Assembly: GCA_964354495.1 (NCBI GenBank) | Contig: CAYHAA010000012.1 | Coordinates: forward strand, 30,001-62,000 | DNA length: 32,000 nucleotides | Direction: 5' to 3' | DNA from: an uncultured archaeon | Lineage (GTDB): Archaea; Asgardarchaeota; Thorarchaeia; Thorarchaeales; Thorarchaeaceae | Shown here: piece by piece, positions 9,403 through 16,827 of the stretch | How the letters are laid out: every line of letters begins with the position of its first letter | How positions within the stretch are numbered: the stretch's first letter is position 1 | Notes under the pieces: model-generated | Database searches by the model: none | What the model was told of the DNA's origin: nothing | The model's input: only the letters and a program-made list of their open reading frames with translations | Translations under genes and position numbers: made by a program

Positions 9403-11349
9403 TCAGATTCCTCCCTCTCTGGTATAGTTGAGAAGGCCTCCCGCCAGAACAATGTTCTTCTCACGTTCAGTGAGCTCACATGTGATGGGTATCTTGATGC
9501 CCTTTGACTTATCAAGGGCAGACAAATGCGTCTTTCCTTCCTCGAGAGCCTGACGAACTCTCTTTATGTCAATGATGTCGCCTGAATCTATTTTCTCAAA
9601 TAGTGTCGCGTCGTCTATGGTACAGGGCAAGATTCCAAAATTGATTAGGTTAGCCTTGTGAATTCTGGCGAAAGACTTTGCGAGGACAAGCTTGACTCCA
9701 AGATACATTGGTGCCAGTGCGGCGTGTTCTCTACTAGACCCCTGACCGTAGTTGTTGCCGGCAAGTATGATGCCTCCACCCTTTTCTTTTGCATGCAAAG
9801 CTGTTGATACAAATGATGGATCCACTTGCTCAAAGACATGCATGCTGATCTCAGGTAGATTCGATCGCAATGGCAGTATCTTTGCTCCTGCTGGCATAAT
9901 ATGGTCAGTCGTGATACCATCTCCAAGTTTGATCAGCACCTGCATGGCCGCCAGATTGTCTGGAAGTGGTACCATCTTCGGAAGTTGGACGATGTTTGGT
10001 CCCCGTACAACCTCAACACTGCCAGGTGTGTCTGATGGCTTGACTATCATTGAGTCATCGATAGTGATTCTCAAGGGCATCTCAACTCTTGGGGATGGTC
10101 CGAGCTTTCTCGGATCCGTTATCTCTCCAAAGATGGCGGCCGCGATCGCGACCTCAGGACTTACTAGATAGACCTGAGCATCTGCAGTTCCACTTCTTCC
10201 TTTGAAATTGCGATTGAAGGTTCTCAATGACACGCCTGTCGAGGGTGGTGCAAAACCCATACCAATGCACGGGCCGCAGGCGCTCTCGAGAATTCTGGCT
10301 CCAGCTGATATCATGTCTGCAAGTTGACCATTCTCAGCGATGTACTCCAACACTTGACGAGAACCGGGTGAAACTCCTAGAACGGTGTTTGGATGTATCG
10401 TTCTTCCCTTGAGAAGCGCCGCTACTGTGAGCATGTCTTTTAGAGAGGAGTTGGTGCATGAGCCAATGGCAACCTGATCGACTTTCAATCCAATCAGCTC
10501 CGAGAGAGGAACAACATTGTCAGGTGAGTCTGGTTTTGCCACAAAGGGCTCAAGCTTACTCAGATCTATCGTGATGACTTCGTCAAAATCCTTCTCGTTG
10601 GCCTCCGGTATCTCTACCCAATCATGGGCTCTCTTTTGCGTCTTCAGAAACCCTCTTGTCACTTCATCCGAAGGAAAGACAGAGGTTGTTGCGCCAGTCT
10701 CAGCTCCCATATTCGTAATAGTAGCTCTTTCCGGGACAGACAGTTGCTTAATCCCCGGACCAAAGTACTCCAGTATCTTGTCTACTCCTCCGTCTACCTT
10801 TAGCCTTCGTAGAACCTCAAGAATCACATCCTTTGCTGAAACATACTCCGGCATCTTTCCATAGAGCTTTACACCAATGATCTCTGGTGTCTTCAGATAG
10901 TACGCTCCGCCTCCCATTGCCACTGCGACATCCAGGCCACCAGCTCCTATGGCAATCATCCCTGCCCCACCTGCTGTTGGCGTGTGTGAGTCCGAACCGA
11001 TTAGCGTCTCTCCCGGTTTCGAAAATCGCTCCAAGAACACTTGGTGACATATCCCATTTCCTGGTCTTGAGAAGAGAATGCCATACTTTGAAGCCACGGT
11101 TTGCAGGTATCGATGGTCGTCAGGATTTCTGAAGTCTGTCTGCAAAGTGTTGTGGTCAACAAATGAAACCGACAGTTCAGTTCGAACCTTCTCCAGGCCA
11201 ATTGCCTCGAATTGGAGATATGCTAGAGTTCCAGTAGCATCTTGAGTAAGTGTGCGGTCAATCTTCAGTCCAATTTCATCGCCAGGGTGAAGTGAAGCGG
11301 ACCCTGACATAACATGTTCAGATAGTATCTTTCTTGCAACTGAGGTCAT
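9403..11349 (-). CDS. acn: Aconitate hydratase (short ~650-aa type)
   Basis: TQDATGT, DHN, GICHQV, GSDSHT, [4Fe-4S] ligands GSCTN and CGPCIG, TFNRNFKGR, TTDHIMP, NYGQGSSREHA. Confidence 0.93.
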   Translation of the reverse strand: MTSVARKILSEHVMSGSASLHPGDEIGLKIDRTLTQDATGTLAYLQFEAIGLEKVRTELSVSFVDHNTLQTDFRNPDDHRYLQTVASKYGILFSRPGNGICHQVFLERFSKPGETLIGSDSHTPTAGGAGMIAIGAGGLDVAVAMGGGAYYLKTPEIIGVKLYGKMPEYVSAKDVILEVLRRLKVDGGVDKILEYFGPGIKQLSVPERATITNMGAETGATTSVFPSDEVTRGFLKTQKRAHDWVEIPEANEKDFDEVITIDLSKLEPFVAKPDSPDNVVPLSELIGLKVDQVAIGSCTNSSLKDMLTVAALLKGRTIHPNTVLGVSPGSRQVLEYIAENGQLADMISAGARILESACGPCIGMGFAPPSTGVSLRTFNRNFKGRSGTADAQVYLVSPEVAIAAAIFGEITDPRKLGPSPRVEMPLRITIDDSMIVKPSDTPGSVEVVRGPNIVQLPKMVPLPDNLAAMQVLIKLGDGITTDHIMPAGAKILPLRSNLPEISMHVFEQVDPSFVSTALHAKEKGGGIILAGNNYGQGSSREHAALAPMYLGVKLVLAKSFARIHKANLINFGILPCTIDDATLFEKIDSGDIIDIKRVRQALEEGKTHLSALDKSKGIKIPITCELTEREKNIVLAGGLLNYTREGGI

Positions 11350-11350
11350 T

Positions 11351-11506
11351 GCACGAGCGCCTTCTATTACTAGGTACTCCGAAACCTCCCTCTGTCGGAG
11401 GTCGGGATTTTCTCAATCTATCCCTTTCGGTGGGCTCATCCGCAACTAATAGACATAAATCCTTGCTGCTGCCCGCGGGATTATCTAATGCTGAATTTCC
11501 GCGTGC
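11351..11506 (-). ncRNA. Candidate structured leader RNA of the acn-aclBA-icd operon (no family assigned)
   Basis: Several hand-identified stems (7-bp closing stem, 9-bp hairpin with a 2-nt bulge, GNRA-capped hairpins, mutually exclusive pairings) in a non-coding stretch directly before the acn ATG. Confidence 0.3.
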
Positions 11507-11511
11507 TAGCT

Positions 11512-11643
11512 TCAATCAAGTTTGAACTGAGGAGGAGCGAAATTCACAATCTCAATCTTGCTGAGATCCTCCAATGCTCCAATCTCCCGGCGGTCCTTTG
11601 TACGCGCCAGATAGACTCGCGTGTAGAGTCTAGCGGCCTTCAT
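11512..11643 (-). CDS. Unannotated 43-aa ORF (MKAARLYTRVYLARTKDRREIGALEDLSKIEIVNFAPPQFKLD)
   Basis: ATG at 11643, TGA at 11512-11514. TATA-like CTTAATAC lies 23 nt upstream (leaderless spacing). Below the 60-aa cutoff of the ORF track. Confidence 0.4.
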   Translation of the reverse strand: MKAARLYTRVYLARTKDRREIGALEDLSKIEIVNFAPPQFKLD

Positions 11644-11666
11644 AATCTCAGGACGTTACTGACGTA

Positions 11667-11674
11667 GTATTAAG
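11667..11674 (-). promoter_or_regulatory. Putative TATA box CTTAATAC
   Basis: The same octamer occurs at 22092-22099 (minus) upstream of another gene start. Confidence 0.35.
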
Positions 11675-11703
11675 AGCATGCATTAAGAATCGTTAACTGC
11701 AAA

Positions 11704-11717
11704 AGATTGGCGCCAAT
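11704..11717. promoter_or_regulatory. Perfect 14-bp palindrome GATTGGCGCCAATC between divergent promoters
   Basis: Read directly; lies between the minus-strand TATA-like box (11667-11674) and the plus-strand TTTTAT (11765-11770). Confidence 0.4.
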
Positions 11718-11816
11718 CAAGGAATGCAACATTGAGGTTTTTGGCTACTGTCCAATGCGAAACATTTTATCCGGCAATCTTGAATCAACGCGACACCTCT
11801 TCGGAGTGACGGTACA

Positions 11817-14800
11817 ATGGCAGAGCCCGTATCAAAACCAGTCGTCATAATTGGAGCTGGTATCTCAGGAATGCGTGCCGCACTTGACCTCGCAGGAATG
11901 GGTGTCAAGGTCTTTCTCGTAGAAAAGAAACCCTCGATTGGAGGTCACATGTCCCAGCTGGATAAGACCTTCCCGACATTGGACTGCAGCATGTGTATTC
12001 AGGGACCCTGGATGGTTGACTGCTCTCGTCATCCGAATATTGAGATTCTAGCTTATTCTGAGGTCACTGGAATTACGGGCACTACAGGTGATTTCAAAGT
12101 CGAGGTACTGAAACATACACGCCGCGTTGATGCTGGGAAATGTACAGGCTGCGGTGAATGTCAGAGGGTGTGCCCAATTGAGGTTCCTAACGAATATGAC
12201 CTCGGTCTCAAGATGAGGAAGGCTGCATACATTCCCTTTCCACAGTCTGTTCCAAACATTGCCACAATAGATGCTGTGAACTGCATTGAGTGCATGACCT
12301 GTGTGAAGACCTGCAAAGCAGAGGCGATTAACTTCGATATTGCTGACGAAACTCGAGTAATCAATGCAGGTTCTATCATTATAGCAACTGGGTATGAGCT
12401 TCTTGATCCCGCCACAGTTCCTGAATATGGCTACGGACGTTATGGCAATGTTGTGAGTTCACTTGAGTATGAACGAATGGTATCGGCCAGCGGTCCAACC
12501 CGAGGTATTGTCATGCGTCCCTCTGATGGCCGCGAACCTCATAGGATTGCATTCATTCAATGTGTGGGTTCGAGAGACATTAATCACTGCTCTTATTGCT
12601 CAAGAATCTGTTGCACGTATGCGACCAAGGAAGCAATCATCACTAAGGAACACACTCCTGAAGTTCATATCGACATTCTCTATAACGATATGCGCGCATT
12701 TGGCAAGGGCTTTGAGGAGTTTCTTGTAAGGGGCGAAACTGAATACGATATTCACTTTGTGAAGGGGCTGCCCAGTGAAATCCAAGAGGAATATGGCACC
12801 AAGAACCTTCTAGTCCGGCACAGCAATGCCAAGGGCCATGAAGTTCTCTTGGACTCGTATGATCTCGTTGTTCTGTGTCCAGCAATGGTGCCTTCTTCAG
12901 ACTCGGGAATATTCAAACAATTGGGCATCGAGAAAGACGAGTCTGGATTCATACAACCCGACCTGAAATCATTGATGATCTCCGAAACTGGAATACCCGG
13001 AGTTCACATGTGTGGGGCTGTTCATATGCCCAAGGACATTCCTGATTCTGTTGCACATGGTAGCGCTGCTGCAGCTCTGGCTGCGTTGGATTTAACAATT
13101 CCTAAGGGTGATGAAACAGATGCTCTTACAGAAGAAGACCTTGAGCTATTGACAGCAGAACCACGTATTGGCATAATCGTATGCTCATGTGGAATCAATA
13201 TTGCAGGAACCGTAGATGTTGCAGAGGTCACTCGGTATGCAAGCGAACTTCCCAATGTTGTGTTTGCTAAGAATCTCCTCTACTCCTGTTCCTCAGACGC
13301 TCAGGTCGTAATCAAGGATGCGATTAAGGAGCACAAACTCAACCGGTTAGTTGTAGCATCATGTACTCCCCGAACTCATGAGCCATTGTTCAGAGCGACG
13401 ATTGAAGAAGCAGGATTGAACAAGTATCTATTCGAGCTGGCAAACATCCGCGAGCACTGCGCATGGATTCACCAGGCTGACAAGGATGAAGCGACCTCGA
13501 AGGCCATGGACCTCGTGCGCATGTCAGTTGGTCGCGCCAGACTACTGGAGGCACAGGAAGAGGCGGTGACCCAGATTGGACCGTCTGTTCTTGTTATTGG
13601 TGCTGGAGTCGCTGGAATGGCTGCAGCCGATATCATTGCTCAGAAGGGCTTCAAGGTCTATCTGGTAGAGAAACAGGACAGGGTTGGTGGATTCCTCAAC
13701 GAGCTTGCCACGGTCAATTTCACCCATACTCCTGCTTCGGAAATCATAGCTGACTATGAGTCTAGAATCACTGGAAACGAGAACATTACAGTCATGTTGA
13801 ACTCCGAGGTCGTCGAGGCAAAGGGTTCTATTGGCGAGTTTGAGGTAGTCGTCAAGACTGGAAAGAAGAGAGAATCGCTGACTGTTGGCATTGTCATTGT
13901 TGCGACTGGTGCAATCGCTCTGGAAGAGAAAGGGCTCTTTGGTCTCAAGAAACTCCCCGAAGTAATGACTGAAGTGGAATTCAACAAGCGAGTGGATAAC
14001 GGAGAGGGCATCAATGATGGAGAGACCTTTGCGGTCATTCATTGCGCAGGTTCGCGAGAAGATGCGTCACTCGAAGGAGCCCGCACATGGTGCTCCGGAA
14101 TCTGTTGCACGGTGGCCTTGCAGCATACACTTGAACTACTTGAGAAATACCCGAGTTCCCGTGTATTCCATTTCTATCGTGATCTTCGAGTCTTCTACTC
14201 TGCAGAAGATAAGTACCGAGAGGCTCGCAAGAAGGGCGTTGTCTTTGTCAGGTACGATAAGGACTCACTACCTGTTGTGAAGAAAGGTCGTGACAAAGCT
14301 CTGAGCATTACTGTGATGGATCAAGTGTTGGGTGCTGAACTCATCATCGACGTTGATCACACAATACTTGCTACTGCGATGGTTCCAAGACCGAACAAGG
14401 AGATTTCGGAGCTGTTCAAGGTCCCACTCAACCTCTCTGGCTTCTTCATGGAAGCTCACCCGAAACTACGGCCGGTAGACTTCCAGACTGATGGTGTGTT
14501 TGTTGCTGGTGCTGCTACCGCTCCAAAGAGCATTGGCGAGTCCATCGCTCAAGGACAAGCAGCAGCGTCAAGGGCACTGATTCCCCTCATCAGAGGAATC
14601 AGAAAGGCTGAGGCTATAGTTTCAGTAGTTGATCCCGAGATCTGTATTGGTTGTGGGACTTGCGAAATCAACTGTGCCTACAATGCAATCGAGGTAGTTC
14701 CTGGCGATGGGAGCCATGACTATGCAGTGACGAATCCGGTCCTATGTCAAGGATGTGGGAAATGTGGCGCTGGATGTCCTTCAGGTGCCATTACTATGAA

Positions 14801-15272
14801 GCACTTCACCGAGGATCAGATACTCACGCAGATTCGCAGCGCATTGGAGAACATGCCTGCTAACGACTTGAGGATTCTGACGATTCTCTGCAATTGGTGC
14901 TCATACGCAGGCGCAGACAGTGCCGGTGTTTCCCGTTTTCAGCAGCCTTCTAATGTCCGGGATATACGAGTCATGTGTACTGGAAGAGTGAGCGTACAGC
15001 ATATCCTGGAAGCCTTCAGACTAGGCGCCGATATGGTGTGGATCTCTGGATGCCATGTGGGCGATTGCCACTACGTCGATGGTAACATCTCGTTTGAACG
15101 TCGATTTGCTATTGCCAAAAAGATCATTGAGAAAGCTGGACTCGAAACCGATCGACTACAGTTCACACATATCAGTGCAAGTGAAGGGTCGATATGGGCC
15201 GAGACTGTGAAGGAGTTTGCGGAACTGGCAGACCGGCTTGGACCAAGCCCATTGAGGCAGAGGAGGCAATAG
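11817..15272 (+). CDS. hdrA: Heterodisulfide reductase subunit A, tandem-duplicated FAD modules with fused C-terminal MvhD
   Basis: Two GxGxxG motifs (GAGISG, GAGVAG), KTFPTLDCSMC, CVGSRD...CSRICC, CSCGINIA/ASCTP/NIREHC, two 2x[4Fe-4S] domains, and MvhD motifs CNWCSYAGAD, MCTGR, GCHVGDCHY; 1151 aa. Confidence 0.95.
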   Translation: MAEPVSKPVVIIGAGISGMRAALDLAGMGVKVFLVEKKPSIGGHMSQLDKTFPTLDCSMCIQGPWMVDCSRHPNIEILAYSEVTGITGTTGDFKVEVLKHTRRVDAGKCTGCGECQRVCPIEVPNEYDLGLKMRKAAYIPFPQSVPNIATIDAVNCIECMTCVKTCKAEAINFDIADETRVINAGSIIIATGYELLDPATVPEYGYGRYGNVVSSLEYERMVSASGPTRGIVMRPSDGREPHRIAFIQCVGSRDINHCSYCSRICCTYATKEAIITKEHTPEVHIDILYNDMRAFGKGFEEFLVRGETEYDIHFVKGLPSEIQEEYGTKNLLVRHSNAKGHEVLLDSYDLVVLCPAMVPSSDSGIFKQLGIEKDESGFIQPDLKSLMISETGIPGVHMCGAVHMPKDIPDSVAHGSAAAALAALDLTIPKGDETDALTEEDLELLTAEPRIGIIVCSCGINIAGTVDVAEVTRYASELPNVVFAKNLLYSCSSDAQVVIKDAIKEHKLNRLVVASCTPRTHEPLFRATIEEAGLNKYLFELANIREHCAWIHQADKDEATSKAMDLVRMSVGRARLLEAQEEAVTQIGPSVLVIGAGVAGMAAADIIAQKGFKVYLVEKQDRVGGFLNELATVNFTHTPASEIIADYESRITGNENITVMLNSEVVEAKGSIGEFEVVVKTGKKRESLTVGIVIVATGAIALEEKGLFGLKKLPEVMTEVEFNKRVDNGEGINDGETFAVIHCAGSREDASLEGARTWCSGICCTVALQHTLELLEKYPSSRVFHFYRDLRVFYSAEDKYREARKKGVVFVRYDKDSLPVVKKGRDKALSITVMDQVLGAELIIDVDHTILATAMVPRPNKEISELFKVPLNLSGFFMEAHPKLRPVDFQTDGVFVAGAATAPKSIGESIAQGQAAASRALIPLIRGIRKAEAIVSVVDPEICIGCGTCEINCAYNAIEVVPGDGSHDYAVTNPVLCQGCGKCGAGCPSGAITMKHFTEDQILTQIRSALENMPANDLRILTILCNWCSYAGADSAGVSRFQQPSNVRDIRVMCTGRVSVQHILEAFRLGADMVWISGCHVGDCHYVDGNISFERRFAIAKKIIEKAGLETDRLQFTHISASEGSIWAETVKEFAELADRLGPSPLRQRRQ

Positions 15273-15274
15273 AA

Positions 15275-15793
15275 ATGACCGACACGTGGGGACAGTTCAA
15301 GTCTTTTGATGGAAAGAAGTTCAAGGCAATGGATGCCGAGTTCACAAGAGGGGCTTCGAATCTGATTGGAGGGAAGGATCTCACTGCCTGTTTTCAATGT
15401 GCAAAATGCAGTGCTGGTTGTCCGGTCTCTGATAAGGTGAACATACAGATTCATGAAGTGATGCGGATGCTTCTCTTTGGCCTGAAGGAGGTTCTTGAGA
15501 CCGATATGGTCTGGTTGTGTACGACATGTTATACTTGTCAAGAACGCTGCCCTCAGGGGATTGAGATTACGGACATCTTGTTTGGTCTGAAGAACATGGC
15601 ATTCAAGAAGAGAATCGCACCACCCGGATATTCAGGAGCACGACAATCACTATATGATAAGGGACGATTGTACGAGCCTACTGACTGGGAACGCGATGAT
15701 CTCGGACTTGACCCAATTCCCGTTCTGAATATTGAAGACACAAAGAGGATGCTCAAGAAGACGGGGCTCATGAAGCTTGAGGAGGATGAGTGA
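15275..15793 (+). CDS. hdrC: Heterodisulfide reductase subunit C paralogue
   Basis: CFQCAKCSAGCP and CTTCYTCQERCP. ATG 15275 lies 2 nt after the hdrA stop, with a GGAGG RBS. Confidence 0.9.
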   Translation: MTDTWGQFKSFDGKKFKAMDAEFTRGASNLIGGKDLTACFQCAKCSAGCPVSDKVNIQIHEVMRMLLFGLKEVLETDMVWLCTTCYTCQERCPQGIEITDILFGLKNMAFKKRIAPPGYSGARQSLYDKGRLYEPTDWERDDLGLDPIPVLNIEDTKRMLKKTGLMKLEEDE

Positions 15794-16670
15794 ATTGACA
15801 CAGAGCTATGAAGTCTTCCTTGGGTGCGCTATTCCTAGTAGGTTCAACAATTACGAGTCGTCTATGCGTGCAGTTGCCAAGAAGCTAGACATTGAGTTGA
15901 TTGATTTTGAAGGCGCCTCATGTTGTGGAACCGTGGTTCTCAAGTCAATTGATGAGAGCAGCTGGCTATCCATGTCAGGCCGCAACATAGCACTGGCTGA
16001 GCAGAGAGGTCACGACATTGTCACTCCCTGTAATGGTTGCTTCGGTTCTCTGAAGGATACAAGCCATGTGCTTCACAATAATGCAGCTTACAGAAAGAAG
16101 GTCAACTCGGTTCTGAAACCATTGGGCCTAGAGTACACTGGAAAATCCACGATACGTCATTTTGTAGAGGTCCTCTATGATATGAGGGGCGAGATTGAAA
16201 AGAAGGTTGTTCGGCGTCTAGATGGCCTTAGGGTTGCATTCCATCCGGGTTGCCATCTTATTCGGCCGTCCAATGTTGCGGGTTTCGACGACCCTGAGTT
16301 ACCTCAAAAGGTCGATGAATTGATTGAGCTCACAGGTGCAAAGTGTGTCCATTGGGACATGAAGCTGCGTTGTTGTGGTTCACCTCTTCTCATTGCAAGT
16401 GAATCGGTCGCCCTTAGGATACTGAAAGAGAAGATGGTTTCTGCGAATGGCGCACGGGCGAACTGCGTGGTCACAAATTGCCCCGCATGTCAGACCCAGT
16501 TCGACATTCAGCAGATAGGTCTCAAAGATGAAGCAGGAAACTCTCTGGAATTACCAGCTCTCTTTGTCACGCAAGTCCTGGGCGCAGCACTGGGAATTGA
16601 TGCCGAGCCATTGGGATTTGAATTGAATAGAGTCAGCCTGAATCCAATTCGCGATATTCTCGGTATCTAG
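15786..16670 (+). CDS. hdrB: Heterodisulfide reductase subunit B paralogue (divergent CCG motifs)
   Basis: FLGCAIP, CCGTVV, TPCNGC, HPGCH, CCGSPL, CPAC. ATG 15786 overlaps the hdrC 3' end. Confidence 0.9.
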   Translation: MSELTQSYEVFLGCAIPSRFNNYESSMRAVAKKLDIELIDFEGASCCGTVVLKSIDESSWLSMSGRNIALAEQRGHDIVTPCNGCFGSLKDTSHVLHNNAAYRKKVNSVLKPLGLEYTGKSTIRHFVEVLYDMRGEIEKKVVRRLDGLRVAFHPGCHLIRPSNVAGFDDPELPQKVDELIELTGAKCVHWDMKLRCCGSPLLIASESVALRILKEKMVSANGARANCVVTNCPACQTQFDIQQIGLKDEAGNSLELPALFVTQVLGAALGIDAEPLGFELNRVSLNPIRDILGI

Positions 16671-16720
16671 GATTTAGCAGGTACACATACCATGAACAGC
16701 TACTGAATAGAGAAATAGTA

Positions 16721-16776
16721 TTGGAACACGTGTTCCAAATTCATGATACACCAAGGTCGTGACAGAAAGATTATAT
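16721..16776 (+). promoter_or_regulatory. Perfect 18-bp palindrome TTGGAACACGTGTTCCAA upstream of a BRE/TATA-like element
   Basis: Palindrome at 16721-16738; purine-rich AGAAAGA followed by TTATAT at 16764-16776; hdrA ATG at 16828. Confidence 0.5.
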
Positions 16777-16827
16777 CTCCTGCTCTGCTCGAGCTCCTGT
16801 TGCATTAGCACCTTGGAGAATATTCCC

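Noticed and set aside
11379-11424. Resemblance of the acn leader to an iron-responsive element (CAGAG in a loop), to the FMN riboswitch (GAAAAUCCCGACC) and to a hammerhead core (GAUGAG...CGAAA)
   Set aside because: IRE geometry (C bulge, 5-bp stem, CAGWGH loop) is not met; the rest of the FMN consensus is missing; there is no CUGA and no stem II for a hammerhead.
16759-16827. Upstream extensions of ORF-track starts (hdrA 16759, aclB 9515, icd 6312, dehydrogenase 24115, membrane protein 22294, SCP2 20514)
   Set aside because: The extensions overlap neighbouring genes, promoters or terminators and lack family similarity; downstream starts fit family N-termini and often have an RBS or TATA-like box.
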